64,000 bases of DNA from Lepidodermella squamata. Its lineage: Eukaryota; Animalia; Gastrotricha. The notes beneath the pieces are model-generated. The model saw only the letters and a program-made list of their open reading frames with translations. It made no database searches and was not told the origin of the DNA. Shown one piece after another: positions 48,401 to 59,024 of the stretch. Where the stretch lies: NCBI GenBank assembly GCA_047495785.1, contig JBLDXI010000017.1:2666001-2730000 (forward strand), written 5' to 3'. Numbering within the stretch: position 1 is the stretch's first letter; each line of letters starts with the position of its first letter. A program made the position numbers and the translations under genes.

Positions 48401-51400
48401 CGCATTAAGAACGTCAAAGGCGAAACGCCGCTTCATGCCGCTGCGAAGAATAACCAGCCGAAAATGGTTGAATTCTTGCTAAAACACGGCGCCAGGGTCG
48501 ATGATGAAACGACCGATGCGAGCGGAGATTTGCCGCTACATTCAGCTGCAAGTTCTGGCCACGTAGCAACCGCTAGGGTTCTGCTTAACCTGAACCCTGA
48601 CCAACTCGAGCTTGGCAACCGGGAGAACAAAACGCCGCTATGTTTAGCCGCTCGTTCAGGTCAAATCGATATGATCAACTTTTTGATTTCTCGAAAGTCG
48701 ACCCTCGACAAGCGGTGTCGTTATGGCCTAACAGCATTTCTGTTCGCCGTAAAACACAATCAGTTAGAAGCCGCTCAAATCCTACTTAAGGCTGGGTCTT
48801 TGATTTCGGCAAAATCTGACTCTGGCTCGCATTCAGATTCAGCGATGCATCTCGCTGCTCGCTACGGACATGTTGAAATGGCTCGATTTTTGCTTAAAGA
48901 ATCGCCTGCTTTTCTCGAGGCATTGAATGGCGATAGTAACACACCCATCCATGTTGCTGCTTCGTCCGGGCACGTAGGCGTGGTTAAATTTCTCGCGGAA
49001 AGCGGGGCTAATATAGCTTTCAGAGGCAATGCCACACTGACACCGTTCTTAGAAGCCGCTGCTGAAAATCATCATCAAGTCATGAGTTATCTACTCGAAA
49101 TTGGGGTGTCTCTATTCGAAACTTCTGATGACGGGTTAAGGAATCAAGCCATTCATCTAGCGGCCCTGAAAGGCCGGCTGGAGACGGTCATCTTTCTGGT
49201 AGAACGTAACTCGAGCTTACGCGAGGCAGAAAACGGCAATGAAGAAACATCATTATGGCTTGCTGCATCAGCGAGCCACCTTAAAGTTATGAAGGCTCTG
49301 CTGGAAAAGGAAGCAAATATCGAGAAACGTAACAGACAAGGCCTAACTCCTTTACTCGGAGCTGTTTATAATGGAAAATTGGACTCTGCGCGATTTTTGA
49401 TTGAAAATCAGGCTGAAATTGATGCGGTCACATATGCGTCTACTGGCTCTCACACTATCATGCATCTAGCGGTTATGAGTGGTCGAAAAGAAATCATTGA
49501 ATTTATCCATCAGCAAAAGCCGCAAATGTTGGAAAAAGTGAATAGTAACGGCGAAACTCCGCTGTGGCGTGCTGCTTATCTAGGCGAGTATCAAGCCAGT
49601 AAAACCTTACTTGGGCTCGGTGCTAACGCGGGGATTCGCTGCAAGTCTGGTTGGACGCCGTTAATGGCAGCCGCTAGCCGGAATCGCGAGCAAATTTGCA
49701 AAATGCTATCCCTAGGCGTCAACTTCCTGCATCATCGCCTCGACGCAGCGACTGAGGATTCAGAGCAAAATCGGCCTGTTCACATTGCGGCGCTATTTGG
49801 CATGGCCGAGGCATTGACCTTTCTAGCTGGTATACAACCTTACGCTGATAGAAAGAACGCATACGGCGAAACCCCGTTGTGGAAAGCCAGTTTCGGCGGT
49901 CATTTGGATGTTGTAAGACACCTTGTTGAAGCCGGCTGTACGTTGAACGCAGTCGGTCGCCAGGGAATGACGCCACTTCACGCCGCTGTTGCCAACAATC
50001 ACTTGCCTGTTGTTGATTATCTACTGCAGAACCGTGCTGATTTGATGGCACGGACTAGTGATCGAAATTTCACGGCAATTCAACTGGCTGCCTCGCTAGG
50101 ACGGGTTGAAATTGTTCAATATTTTGTGAATAAATCGAAAAGTTTACTTGATTTGGATCGCGAAGTTGGAACGGCACCGATGATTGTTGCGATTCATTCG
50201 AAGCAAACTGATGTTGTAAGAGCGTTGATGGCGTTGGGTGGGGATTTCTCCATTCGAGACCAACATGGCAGAACTGCCATTCACGTCGGTAAGTCGTTCA
50301 CTTCGTTCTTACCTGGGATGGAAGTTATTAGTGAAAATTGAGAACGGTAATTGAATGATCAACCTTAATGTAGGGTGCTGAATATCTGGACCACTAAAAT
50401 TGAGTTACCAGTTGTTACATTTTTCCGTTTCTCATCTATTCCGGCCTTTTCTTTTCTTGATCGATACAGATGCCCTTTATAACCATGAAGTTTCTTATCT
50501 TAGCCACCTGGTACCTGGTAGACCAATTTCACCTAAATTTTTTCTCTGGGAAATCTGATACTGGAGCCTCAAATTTAGTGTTGGAACTCTACAATTTATG
50601 ATTTGCACTGGGAAAAATGCAGGGGCGTAAGGCGTAACCAGCTGGTTGTTTTGGTTGGTGGTTTCAAACAACTACCAAAATTAAAACTTAAAAACCGCTC
50701 TTCAGTCTATTTTCACTAGAAAATGGCTCAAATTACTTATAATGTGGAGAAAATGCAAAATTCCCAAAAAATATCCGGAATGTCTCGGACCCAAGTATCG
50801 CGGAACCAAATTTGCCTGTTGCGGAACTTAATTTTAGATAAGTCAAAGGTCGCTTTTCGAATATTTCTACGAAATTCAGGGATTGTTTTGAGTAATGTGT
50901 CCTATACAGAATTTTACGCTGAATTCAAAGATGATTTATTCAAAATTATGCCGATTGATCATAAAATTTTCGAAAGTTCCGAAAGGCCCAAATTTGAAAA
51001 TTGAAAATGCCATAATTTGGTTCCGTTAACAGTCAAATTTGGTTCCGCTAAAAGTAAGACCCAACATTGCTCGCTTCTAACCCTGCTCAATGCATGGCTA
51101 ATTCTCAATTCGTTTGATTAGATGGCCGAATAAGCGCGCATCTATGAAAAGAATAGGAATTTATTATAATGTAAATAGCACCATAATTTTGAAATTCGTT
51201 AGTGAGAGCCTTTCATGTTGCTTCTATTTTCAGCGGCCGCTGCTGGGGACCTAGTAATTGTGGGAAAGCTGAAAGAATACGGCGCCGATCCAGCGCAGAA
51301 GAGTAACTCAGAATCCGGCGATAATCAAGGTTCCGCCATTCATGGTGCTGTATTGAACAACCATTATGAAGTGGTGGAATATCTACTTCAGGCAGACCCG

Positions 51401-54400
51401 AAATCTTCTGAACTCGGAGACAAAGATGGTAGAACGCCACTTCGAATTGCTGCCGAGCTAGGCTTCTTGCCGATTGTAAACTTATTAGTCACTCATGAAG
51501 CTGATGTTGAAGCTGCCGATCAATTGGGCCGAACGCCGTTGATGGCAGCGAGCTGGAATGGGCACATTGCTGTCGTGAAATATCTGGTAAATCGTGGCAA
51601 AGCGAAAATTCTGGCGAAGAGCAGCGCGGAAGACGGCGCAAATTCAGCTATTCATCTGGCTTGCGTCGCGAATCAACTTGAAGTTGTGCAATTTTTTGTC
51701 ACTCGCAAACGGCAAAGCGTGGAGGACACGAATGGCAACGGCTCAACGCCGCTGTGGCTTGCAGCTTACCATGGCCAGAAAGATGTTGTCGCTTATCTTC
51801 TATCGAAATCCGCTGCTATCAATAAGCCAGATTCAAAGGGTTGGACGCCGTTGATGGCAGCTGCCTCGCGAAATCAAATTGAAGTTGTTAAAGCGCTGAT
51901 CGCATCTTCGGCCAATCTGGACGTGAAAACTCGCGATGATAAGATGGAAACTGCTCTGCATATCGCAAGTTCAGCTGGGCATGTTGAAGTTGGCCAGTTG
52001 ATGGTAAAGGCTAAGCAGAAACTGATTTCAGCTGTTGATATCAACGGCGAAACTCCATTGATTCGAGCCGCCTCAATGGGCCGTCTTGCGTTTGTTGATT
52101 TTCTTCTGAAGAACCGCGCCGATGTGAATGCTATGGCGAAAAATGGTTGCTCTGCCTTGATGGCAGCTGCGAAGAACGGCCATGATTCAGTTGTTTCCCT
52201 GCTAATTGAAAACCGAGCCCAAATTCATGGTTACGACAGTGATGGCAGGACACCTTTGATGTGGGCCGCTCGAGAGGGCGCTGTCAACGTGGCTCGGGCG
52301 CTTATTAAGGGTGGAGCGAAATTGGATATTACTAGTAGGAATGAGCTGGACAAGGGCGGTATGGCGATACATTTAGCTGCTAAAAATGGCCAGGCAGAAG
52401 TTGTTGAAGTGCTACTGCAGTCTGACCGCAGTCAACTGGAGGCCGCTAACGATTTGAAGCAGACACCTCTGCTAGTTGCTGCTCTTCATGGTCACCTTTC
52501 GGTGTTTCAGAAGCTTATAAAGTATCCCGTTAACATAAACACTCGCGACTCTGAAGGTAAGCCATCAGCGTCTGCTCATTCCTCTGCAAAACTCTCAGCC
52601 GAAAAACTGAATGATGAAATTATCTGCGAAAATTGCATTAAGCTGGAATTTTTGAAATTTTCAAATCACCGTAAGGCTGGGATTTTGGATACTTGAGGCT
52701 ATGAATGCCATTTGATCACTTGGATTTTTGCTTAATGAATTTTTCCCGTCTCATTGGCGTTGGTTTGACATAAAAATTAAGATGGCTGGAGCAAAATATA
52801 TCTGAAAAAAAGAATGAAAATGCTACTAGCCGATTCGATTTTCGATTTTTTTACCTTGGAAAGAAACTGTTTACCTTGTTACGGTATCTTCTATTTCTCA
52901 TTTATTCCATTCGTAAGAATTCAGAGTTGTAGAACTTGAAATTTTTCAGTTATTGAAAATAATTTAGGCCTGATTCTTCGCTAAAATTGTGTCTGGGTCC
53001 ATTCAGTTTTGTGTTGCCTTTTAACAGGGAGGAACGCCATGTTGTGCGCCGCTGCTGGTGGCTCTGTGGAAATCGTGCGATCGCTGCATCGGGATCGCTA
53101 CGCCCGGCTTGATTTACGATGTGACGATGGCAGTTTCCCTCTCTTATTGGCCGCAAAACACGGTCATCTGGAGGTTGTCCAGTACCTGTCCGAACACAGC
53201 GGACACATGAAAGAGGAGCGCAACAAAGCCGGTGAATCGCCTGTTTGGGTTGCTTCCTACTACAACAGGCCTAATGTCGTCAACTACTTGGTGGATCGTT
53301 ACGTCCGACTCGATGTTGGCGACAACACAGGCCGATTGCCGATTCACGCTGCTGCCGCTCAGGGTAACGTCGATTGCATTCGAGAATTGTTGCAGTCGAA
53401 GCGCCACGAAAACGCGGGAACTCAGGCGCAAGTGACGTCGACAGGCTATCTGCCCATTCATTTCGCGGCTGAAAGCGGGCATCTGAAAGCTGTTGAATTT
53501 CTGCTTGCAGTGAACAAAAACGGCCAGTTGGAGGCGACGAATCGTAACCAGGAGACGCCGTTGTTTCTTGCAGCTGGCAAATGTCAATTCGAAATTGCCG
53601 ACTTCTTGATCTCGCAGGGCGCTAATGTCGACTTCAAAAATCAGCACAGGACTGAGATGACCGCGCTGATGATTGCGGTGCAAAACAATTGCTTGGATGT
53701 TGCGAAAATTCTCGTCAAAAAAGGCGCGAACCCGGCAGCTCGTAGTGGCATGTCAAAACTCAGAGCAATGCCTGTTCATTTTGCAGGTAAATTTTCTCTT
53801 GTCTTATCAGCTTGAATTGAGATGATAATTTGATCGGTTGGTTCGAATATTTTTATTCGATTTTGGATTTACTTGAGTACCTCCTGGGACGTGAACCTGA
53901 GTATCGAAGTCGCAAAGAATCGGCAAAATTTAGTGCTGAAACCTCAATTTTGGTGCTTCAAGAAATATTTATACCCATTTTGAATTTCCAGCTTCTAATG
54001 GTTGTCTGAATGTTCTGGAGTACTTAGTATCGCTGGACAAGAGTCTTTTGGAAGCTCATGATGCCCGGCTCTCAACGCCCCTCGCAGAAGCGGCGGAGCG
54101 TGGTCAAGTTTCGGTTGTGAGTTGGCTCATCAAAGCTGGGGCCAATTTGGACGCAAAAGCGATGAACAACGTAACGGCTATCTGGCGCGCGGCAGCCAAT
54201 GGCCACGTCGATGTTGTGAAACAGCTCATCGAAGCCGGTGCTGATCTCGAGCCGCGAGACATCAATGGCCGCACACCCCTTCTTGCAGCTTCAGGTAACA
54301 AACGGCTCTCGCAAATCTTAAAATTAAACCTACCTGCTTTTTAAGGTGGAATTTATCAAATTTAATTCGATTACCTAGCAACTTGTTCGCTAATTTGAAC

Positions 54401-54664
54401 CGTTTTTATTTAGCCGCCGGTCACCTGGGCGTCGTTCAGCTGTTGATAGAGAGCGGAGCTTACTTTTTGGCGGCTAGTTATGATCGCGATGCCGAATCGT
54501 CTGCTTTACATCTGGCCGTACATTTCAATCGAGTCGAAATCGTGCGATATCTAGTCAAAGCTTGCCCGCGCCTGCTGACAACGCGCAACAACCAGTGGTA
54601 CACGCCTCTGGCCCTGGCCAAAGCCGAGAACCAGACTCACTTGATCGAATATCTTTCAAATTAA
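39413..54664 (+). CDS. Giant signal-peptide-bearing ankyrin-repeat protein (gene B), ~4,352 aa, roughly 120-125 repeats
   Basis: Ten in-phase exons: 39413-40221, 40277-43869, 44100-46151, 46210-46509, 46564-47322, 47379-50288, 51234-52556, 53028-53786, 53992-54294, 54414-54664. Leader MITRLLLLICLNLFGGIHA. Collinear paralog of gene A (both have a 2052-bp exon). Confidence 0.92.
50800..51048. mobile_element. MITE-like inverted-repeat element within intron 50289-51233 of gene B
   Basis: GCGGAACCAAATTTGCCTGTTGCGGAAC (from 50800) is nearly complementary to GTTCCGTTAACAGTCAAATTTGGTTCCGC (to 51048). Confidence 0.6.
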
Positions 54665-55381
54665 CTGAATTTTATTATTAAATTTTAATGCTGTTTCTTC
54701 CGTCGGATGGATGATTAGTCTTTCAAATCACACCGCTCAATTTTGATATATCCTGGATGTTCTATGTTCAATTTTATCTTTCTAAATATAATGGATCTCG
54801 AGTGAAATTATGAATAAACATAGCTAGCTTTAAATTATCAGTTTCCCAGTTATCGAGTCGGAAACGTAGCAGGGATACAGGCGGTTGATAAAGATCAAAG
54901 CAAGATCCTTCGATTCAGGGTTTTTCAGGTTTTCCCACCTGACACACTTGACCGCATCATGTTTCAGCCACATATTGATTTCGGATAGCTATCAACTGGT
55001 TCCCGCATAGTTGTGTCAGTTAAAATGGAGTACCTAATATCCGTCAGTTTGACTAATGTCAAATCAAAATTGGTTGAATTTCAGCGATTGAATGTGTCCG
55101 TTTTTAGGTTACAGTGTTCACGTGTAGGTCATGCGAGTGTCAAAGCGCTCAACTCATCAGATGGTGGCGGTTGTTGTAGCTAGCGCGCATTTTGTCGCAC
55201 TCTCTCGGCCGAATAGCCTGTGGTCAGTGTGCGCGCATATAGCGATGGCCTGGTTTGGGACAGCTGTCCGAAACTGGGGCGTGCTAACAGCTATGCGCGC
55301 GCGCAGTATTACAATACGCGGCACGCTAGCTATATTTACTTGCCGACCGCCGAGTATCGTGAACGAGCACGTGAAGCGCAC

Positions 55382-55420
55382 TATAAATAGCGCTGCCCAC
55401 TGGCCACTCGATCATTCATT
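55382..55420 (+). promoter_or_regulatory. TATA box plus initiator
   Basis: TATAAATA at 55382-55389 and TCATT at 55412-55416 (~30 bp spacing), with a CACGTG just upstream. Confidence 0.6.
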
Positions 55421-55631
55421 CTCTTTTCTCTCTGGCTTTAATTTAGAAATTAGTTCCTAGCTTTTACCAAAAATAGCCCACGCTCTTCTATTTTCGGATA
55501 ACTTGATACATTTTTTCGACTGGCGTTGTAGAGTTTTATTGAATGTTACTTGGCTTCAAGAGCCTTGACGGCTCAACATCACCCAACCTTGCAATTAATT
55601 TCACAAAACAGCTGCCTAGTCGCAAGCAACC

Positions 55632-56122
55632 ATGTCGCTCATCCTACATTTAGCGGCCGACTTGGCCGGCCACGCCGCTGCTCACTTTGTTGCTCAAGTT
55701 ACGATGAACGTCGCCAGTCGCGGTCTTCTCTACCTCATCTGGCACCATCGCGAACATGCCATCGAGGCCATGCAGCAAATCTTGGAGGCGGCCGGTACCG
55801 AGGGTATGGAATACATGACCCCGCCGTTAACTTGCCCGCAATACGAAGAAATTAATTGGCTGTCGCTGCCAGATGAATGCAAATGCGTTTTGTTCAAACC
55901 GGCTGCCTTTGTCTTCCATCACAAGGTAAAAGAAATTGCCGTTTTATTTCGATTTGATAATTATTTCATCTTTTCTCATTTTAGCTTGTTCCAATCAAAG
56001 GCGTTTTCTGTGTTATGGTCCTGGCTGGTGGCAGCTTTTTGGCCTACGCTTTAATCGAAGATCTCGCCGATGAAGTCGCTCAACATCTCAAAAAGCACCA
56101 CCGCCCTTGCTCATACGGCTAA
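55632..56122 (+). CDS. Orphan His-rich protein (143 aa)
   Basis: Exons 55632-55925 and 55985-56122 with a 59-bp phase-0 intron. Ends ...GVFCVMVLAGGSFLAYALIEDLADEVAQHLKKHHRPCSYG; lies downstream of a clear core promoter. Confidence 0.6.
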
Positions 56123-56688
56123 TATTTGCATTTCACCGCCACACTTTCGGGCGAAAAATCGAAAAAATAACTGACTTTTGTTTTATTTTATCATTTTTTC
56201 TGTGCTCTCTCGCGCATCCAAGCTGATGCCATTATCAACTGCCGAGCTCAATTCTTGTTTCAGCTACCTCTTTGCCGTGAAAAATATGGCTCATCTCACA
56301 TTTTATTTACCTAGTATGCTTCGTGCAATACCCACTTAACAAAACTTTGTTGTCGCTTTTCTGGTTTCGTTTCATGTCAAGTGGGTAACACTTCGACTTA
56401 TTGCGGCTGGAGTCTTTTAAATCGAGCTCGCACTTTATCATTATTTACCACCTGTTTGCAACATTTCCTAACTTGAGGAATAATGATATCGACTTGATGG
56501 CATCGCCATCTCACCAGCTATTGTGTTTCAACGATTTTTCTATACAAATAAATTTTCTCTGGCACTTAAAAATTTTATTTGGCTCGAAAAATAATCAGTT
56601 TCGTTCTGGAAGATCACAAAATAAGCGAAAATAAATCGCTGAAAATAATGAGTATAAACAAAAAATTCGAAGAACAGATTCAATGTTG

Positions 56689-57915
56689 TCATTTTGATAT
56701 TAAAATCGGCGGAATAACGTTGCTCTGTTGAAGTTCCTTGAACGCCGTGACAAGAGACTTCAGAGTATCAGTAGTTTTATTGAAACCGAGTTTTTTAACT
56801 TTAACCAGCGAAGCGTAGCAGTCGAAAGGCCGAGTCAGGGTCACAGTAATCGCCGGCCAAACCGCAGTTTCACCGAGGTCGCGCGGTGCTATCAAGCCGT
56901 ATTGATCAACAAGTTTGGCCCAGTGTTCCTTCACAACCGGATCTGAGACAAATTTCACCAAATTAAACGGCTCATCCAACGAGAATTTCACGTCGATTTT
57001 CGCCGCTAATTTCGGCCAAAGATCACGCCATTTAAAGGACTCGCCATTCGTACAATTTAGTGCAGGAATGCCTTGGCAATCCAACAGTTCCTTATCCTTC
57101 ATTTTTTCGCTCGATAATTTCGCAAGCCACGACATTTGTTCGGCTAGAATTTTCGAATCACTCAGGTCATGAGTCGCGTCTAACGAGGCATTTTTAGGCG
57201 ATCCATCCGGAGAGTCAGGAAAGGCCAATGGGCGATTTAACGATTTTATCAATGTTAGAAAAATGGCTAGGCCTGTGCCGAAATTGAAGAAGGACGACCG
57301 CTGAACTGAAACCCCGACAATTGGACCCGGTCTTAGCACAACCCATTCAGGCCATTGCCGCTTCTTCACGCTATCTTCCCATCCGAAATAAAAGTTTTTC
57401 GGGGCCGAATGCCTAACATAAGAATCTTCGTCGTAAGGAGATTTGTAATCCTGAAAGAGTTTTGGTCCCAGGTGAATTCCGTAACACTTAGTGCCTTCGA
57501 GTAATATCAACCGAGGTAGGTTATTCTTTCGAATGAGGCCGACTGAATTCAGAAAATTATCCAAAATTTCGCAATTAATTTTGTATTCGTCATCCTTCGA
57601 ATCAGGTTTCGGTATCCAAACGCAGAAGAAAATGTGAGTAATGCGCGATAAAATGTCAGTTCCTATTTGATTCGCGAGTTGCTGCGGGTCGCCTGTTGTC
57701 AAATCAGCGGAGATGAAGCGGACGACGAATGACATGGTTTTACTGCGTTTCGTTACTTCGAGTCTGGTTCCAGGCCCCCTGGACAGCCCGACTATTTCCG
57801 TCCAAGTTGAATTCTTCTCCGAATCGGCGATCAAATGCGAGACCAACGCTGACCCGGCAACTCCGGTGCAGCCAACAACTAGGGCGCGAAGTTCTGGTGT
57901 GTGATGTGTCGACAT
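56689..57915 (-). CDS. PRISE-family short-chain reductase (progesterone 5-beta-reductase/iridoid synthase-like), intronless, 408 aa
   Basis: ALVVGCTGVAG, IVGLSR, ITHIFF, EGTKCYG, NFYFGWED, WVVLRP, DSKILAEQMSW, NCTNGESFKWRDLWPKLA, KVKKLGF, VIP. Confidence 0.9.
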   Translation of the reverse strand: MSTHHTPELRALVVGCTGVAGSALVSHLIADSEKNSTWTEIVGLSRGPGTRLEVTKRSKTMSFVVRFISADLTTGDPQQLANQIGTDILSRITHIFFCVWIPKPDSKDDEYKINCEILDNFLNSVGLIRKNNLPRLILLEGTKCYGIHLGPKLFQDYKSPYDEDSYVRHSAPKNFYFGWEDSVKKRQWPEWVVLRPGPIVGVSVQRSSFFNFGTGLAIFLTLIKSLNRPLAFPDSPDGSPKNASLDATHDLSDSKILAEQMSWLAKLSSEKMKDKELLDCQGIPALNCTNGESFKWRDLWPKLAAKIDVKFSLDEPFNLVKFVSDPVVKEHWAKLVDQYGLIAPRDLGETAVWPAITVTLTRPFDCYASLVKVKKLGFNKTTDTLKSLVTAFKELQQSNVIPPILISK

Positions 57916-59024
57916 GATTTAAACACCTATAATGCAACGAAAAATCACAGTAATAATTTCATTCGTTCGGAAAATTTTATTATTTTTTGAAGAAATTCAT
58001 CTCCTCCTCATCCTCGCAAATACTAAGATTATGCGTTCTTTTAAGAATGATCCCAGTTGGCTAGATTTTTCAAAGAGCTGTAAGATTTAGTGTAGTAATA
58101 TCTGAATCGAGACTGCGCACACAGAAAAAGAGACAATTTAGAACACTCACTGAGAAACTCACAGCGTCGAATATGCACCGATTCTTGATTTATAGTAATG
58201 ACCAATAAAACACGTAGCTCAAACAGCAATTCGAATAAAATTACTTGATACCGATAGATAAAGACCAGCTAAAATGTGAGATTATTATCATGAAAAATAT
58301 CCGCAAATAAAAGAAAAATTAAAACCAGAAGAAGAGCCGTTCTTCCGTCTGCAACTTTTCAAATTAGATCAGGCACATAGTGAAGTAAGAAAACGCAAAC
58401 AAAATATCAAAAAGTTGCAAACGAAAAAGATTGTTTTTTTTCACTCAAGTTGTCCCGGGAATTTAAAGGAAACTGGCCTCCATATATAGCGCAATCCGCC
58501 AGGAAATTTGTAAATATTTCATTATTTCCGATAGGCACACATTTAGAAAAATAAATAGCAACGCCCATTTCCATATTATACTATAATACATGGCAGAATC
58601 TACCGCAATACAAATAAACTACCCAGTAAAGGCACGTTCTTCACCTAAGCGGGTTTCCTTGTGCAAAAGCGTCAACAATTGAGAGAGCGCATCCGGCGCG
58701 AGAGAAAAATTGCAGCTGAAAATCGACAGATTACACAGATCCATGATCGTTATATACAATTTAAAGCAAGAATTGAAAATGATAAGTGATAATACGGGGC
58801 GAAATACTGCAAAAATGCTGACTAGGAATGAAGTTTTACTGCTGCTAAAATGTACATTAATTTTTTCCGGCCCAAACGAGCGGAAAAGCAGTAGAAGTGC
58901 ATAATAAAGCGAAACGGAAAATTGACGGCGATTTTTTTTTAGTTCGAAATTGAAGCTCATAAAATGAAGCTATAAGCATTATCACGGATCAGAAAATTTG
59001 ACGACTAGGTGAGAAATTATGCAC

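Noticed and set aside
1864-54664. Ankyrin ORFs treated as many separate genes, or as bacterial (Wolbachia-type) ankyrins
   Set aside because: The ORFs join at canonical GT-AG sites in consistent phase, and their ends are intron read-through.
39413-54664. Latrotoxin, canonical ankyrin or TRP-channel assignment
   Set aside because: No pore-forming N-terminal domain, ZU5/death domain or TM region is visible.
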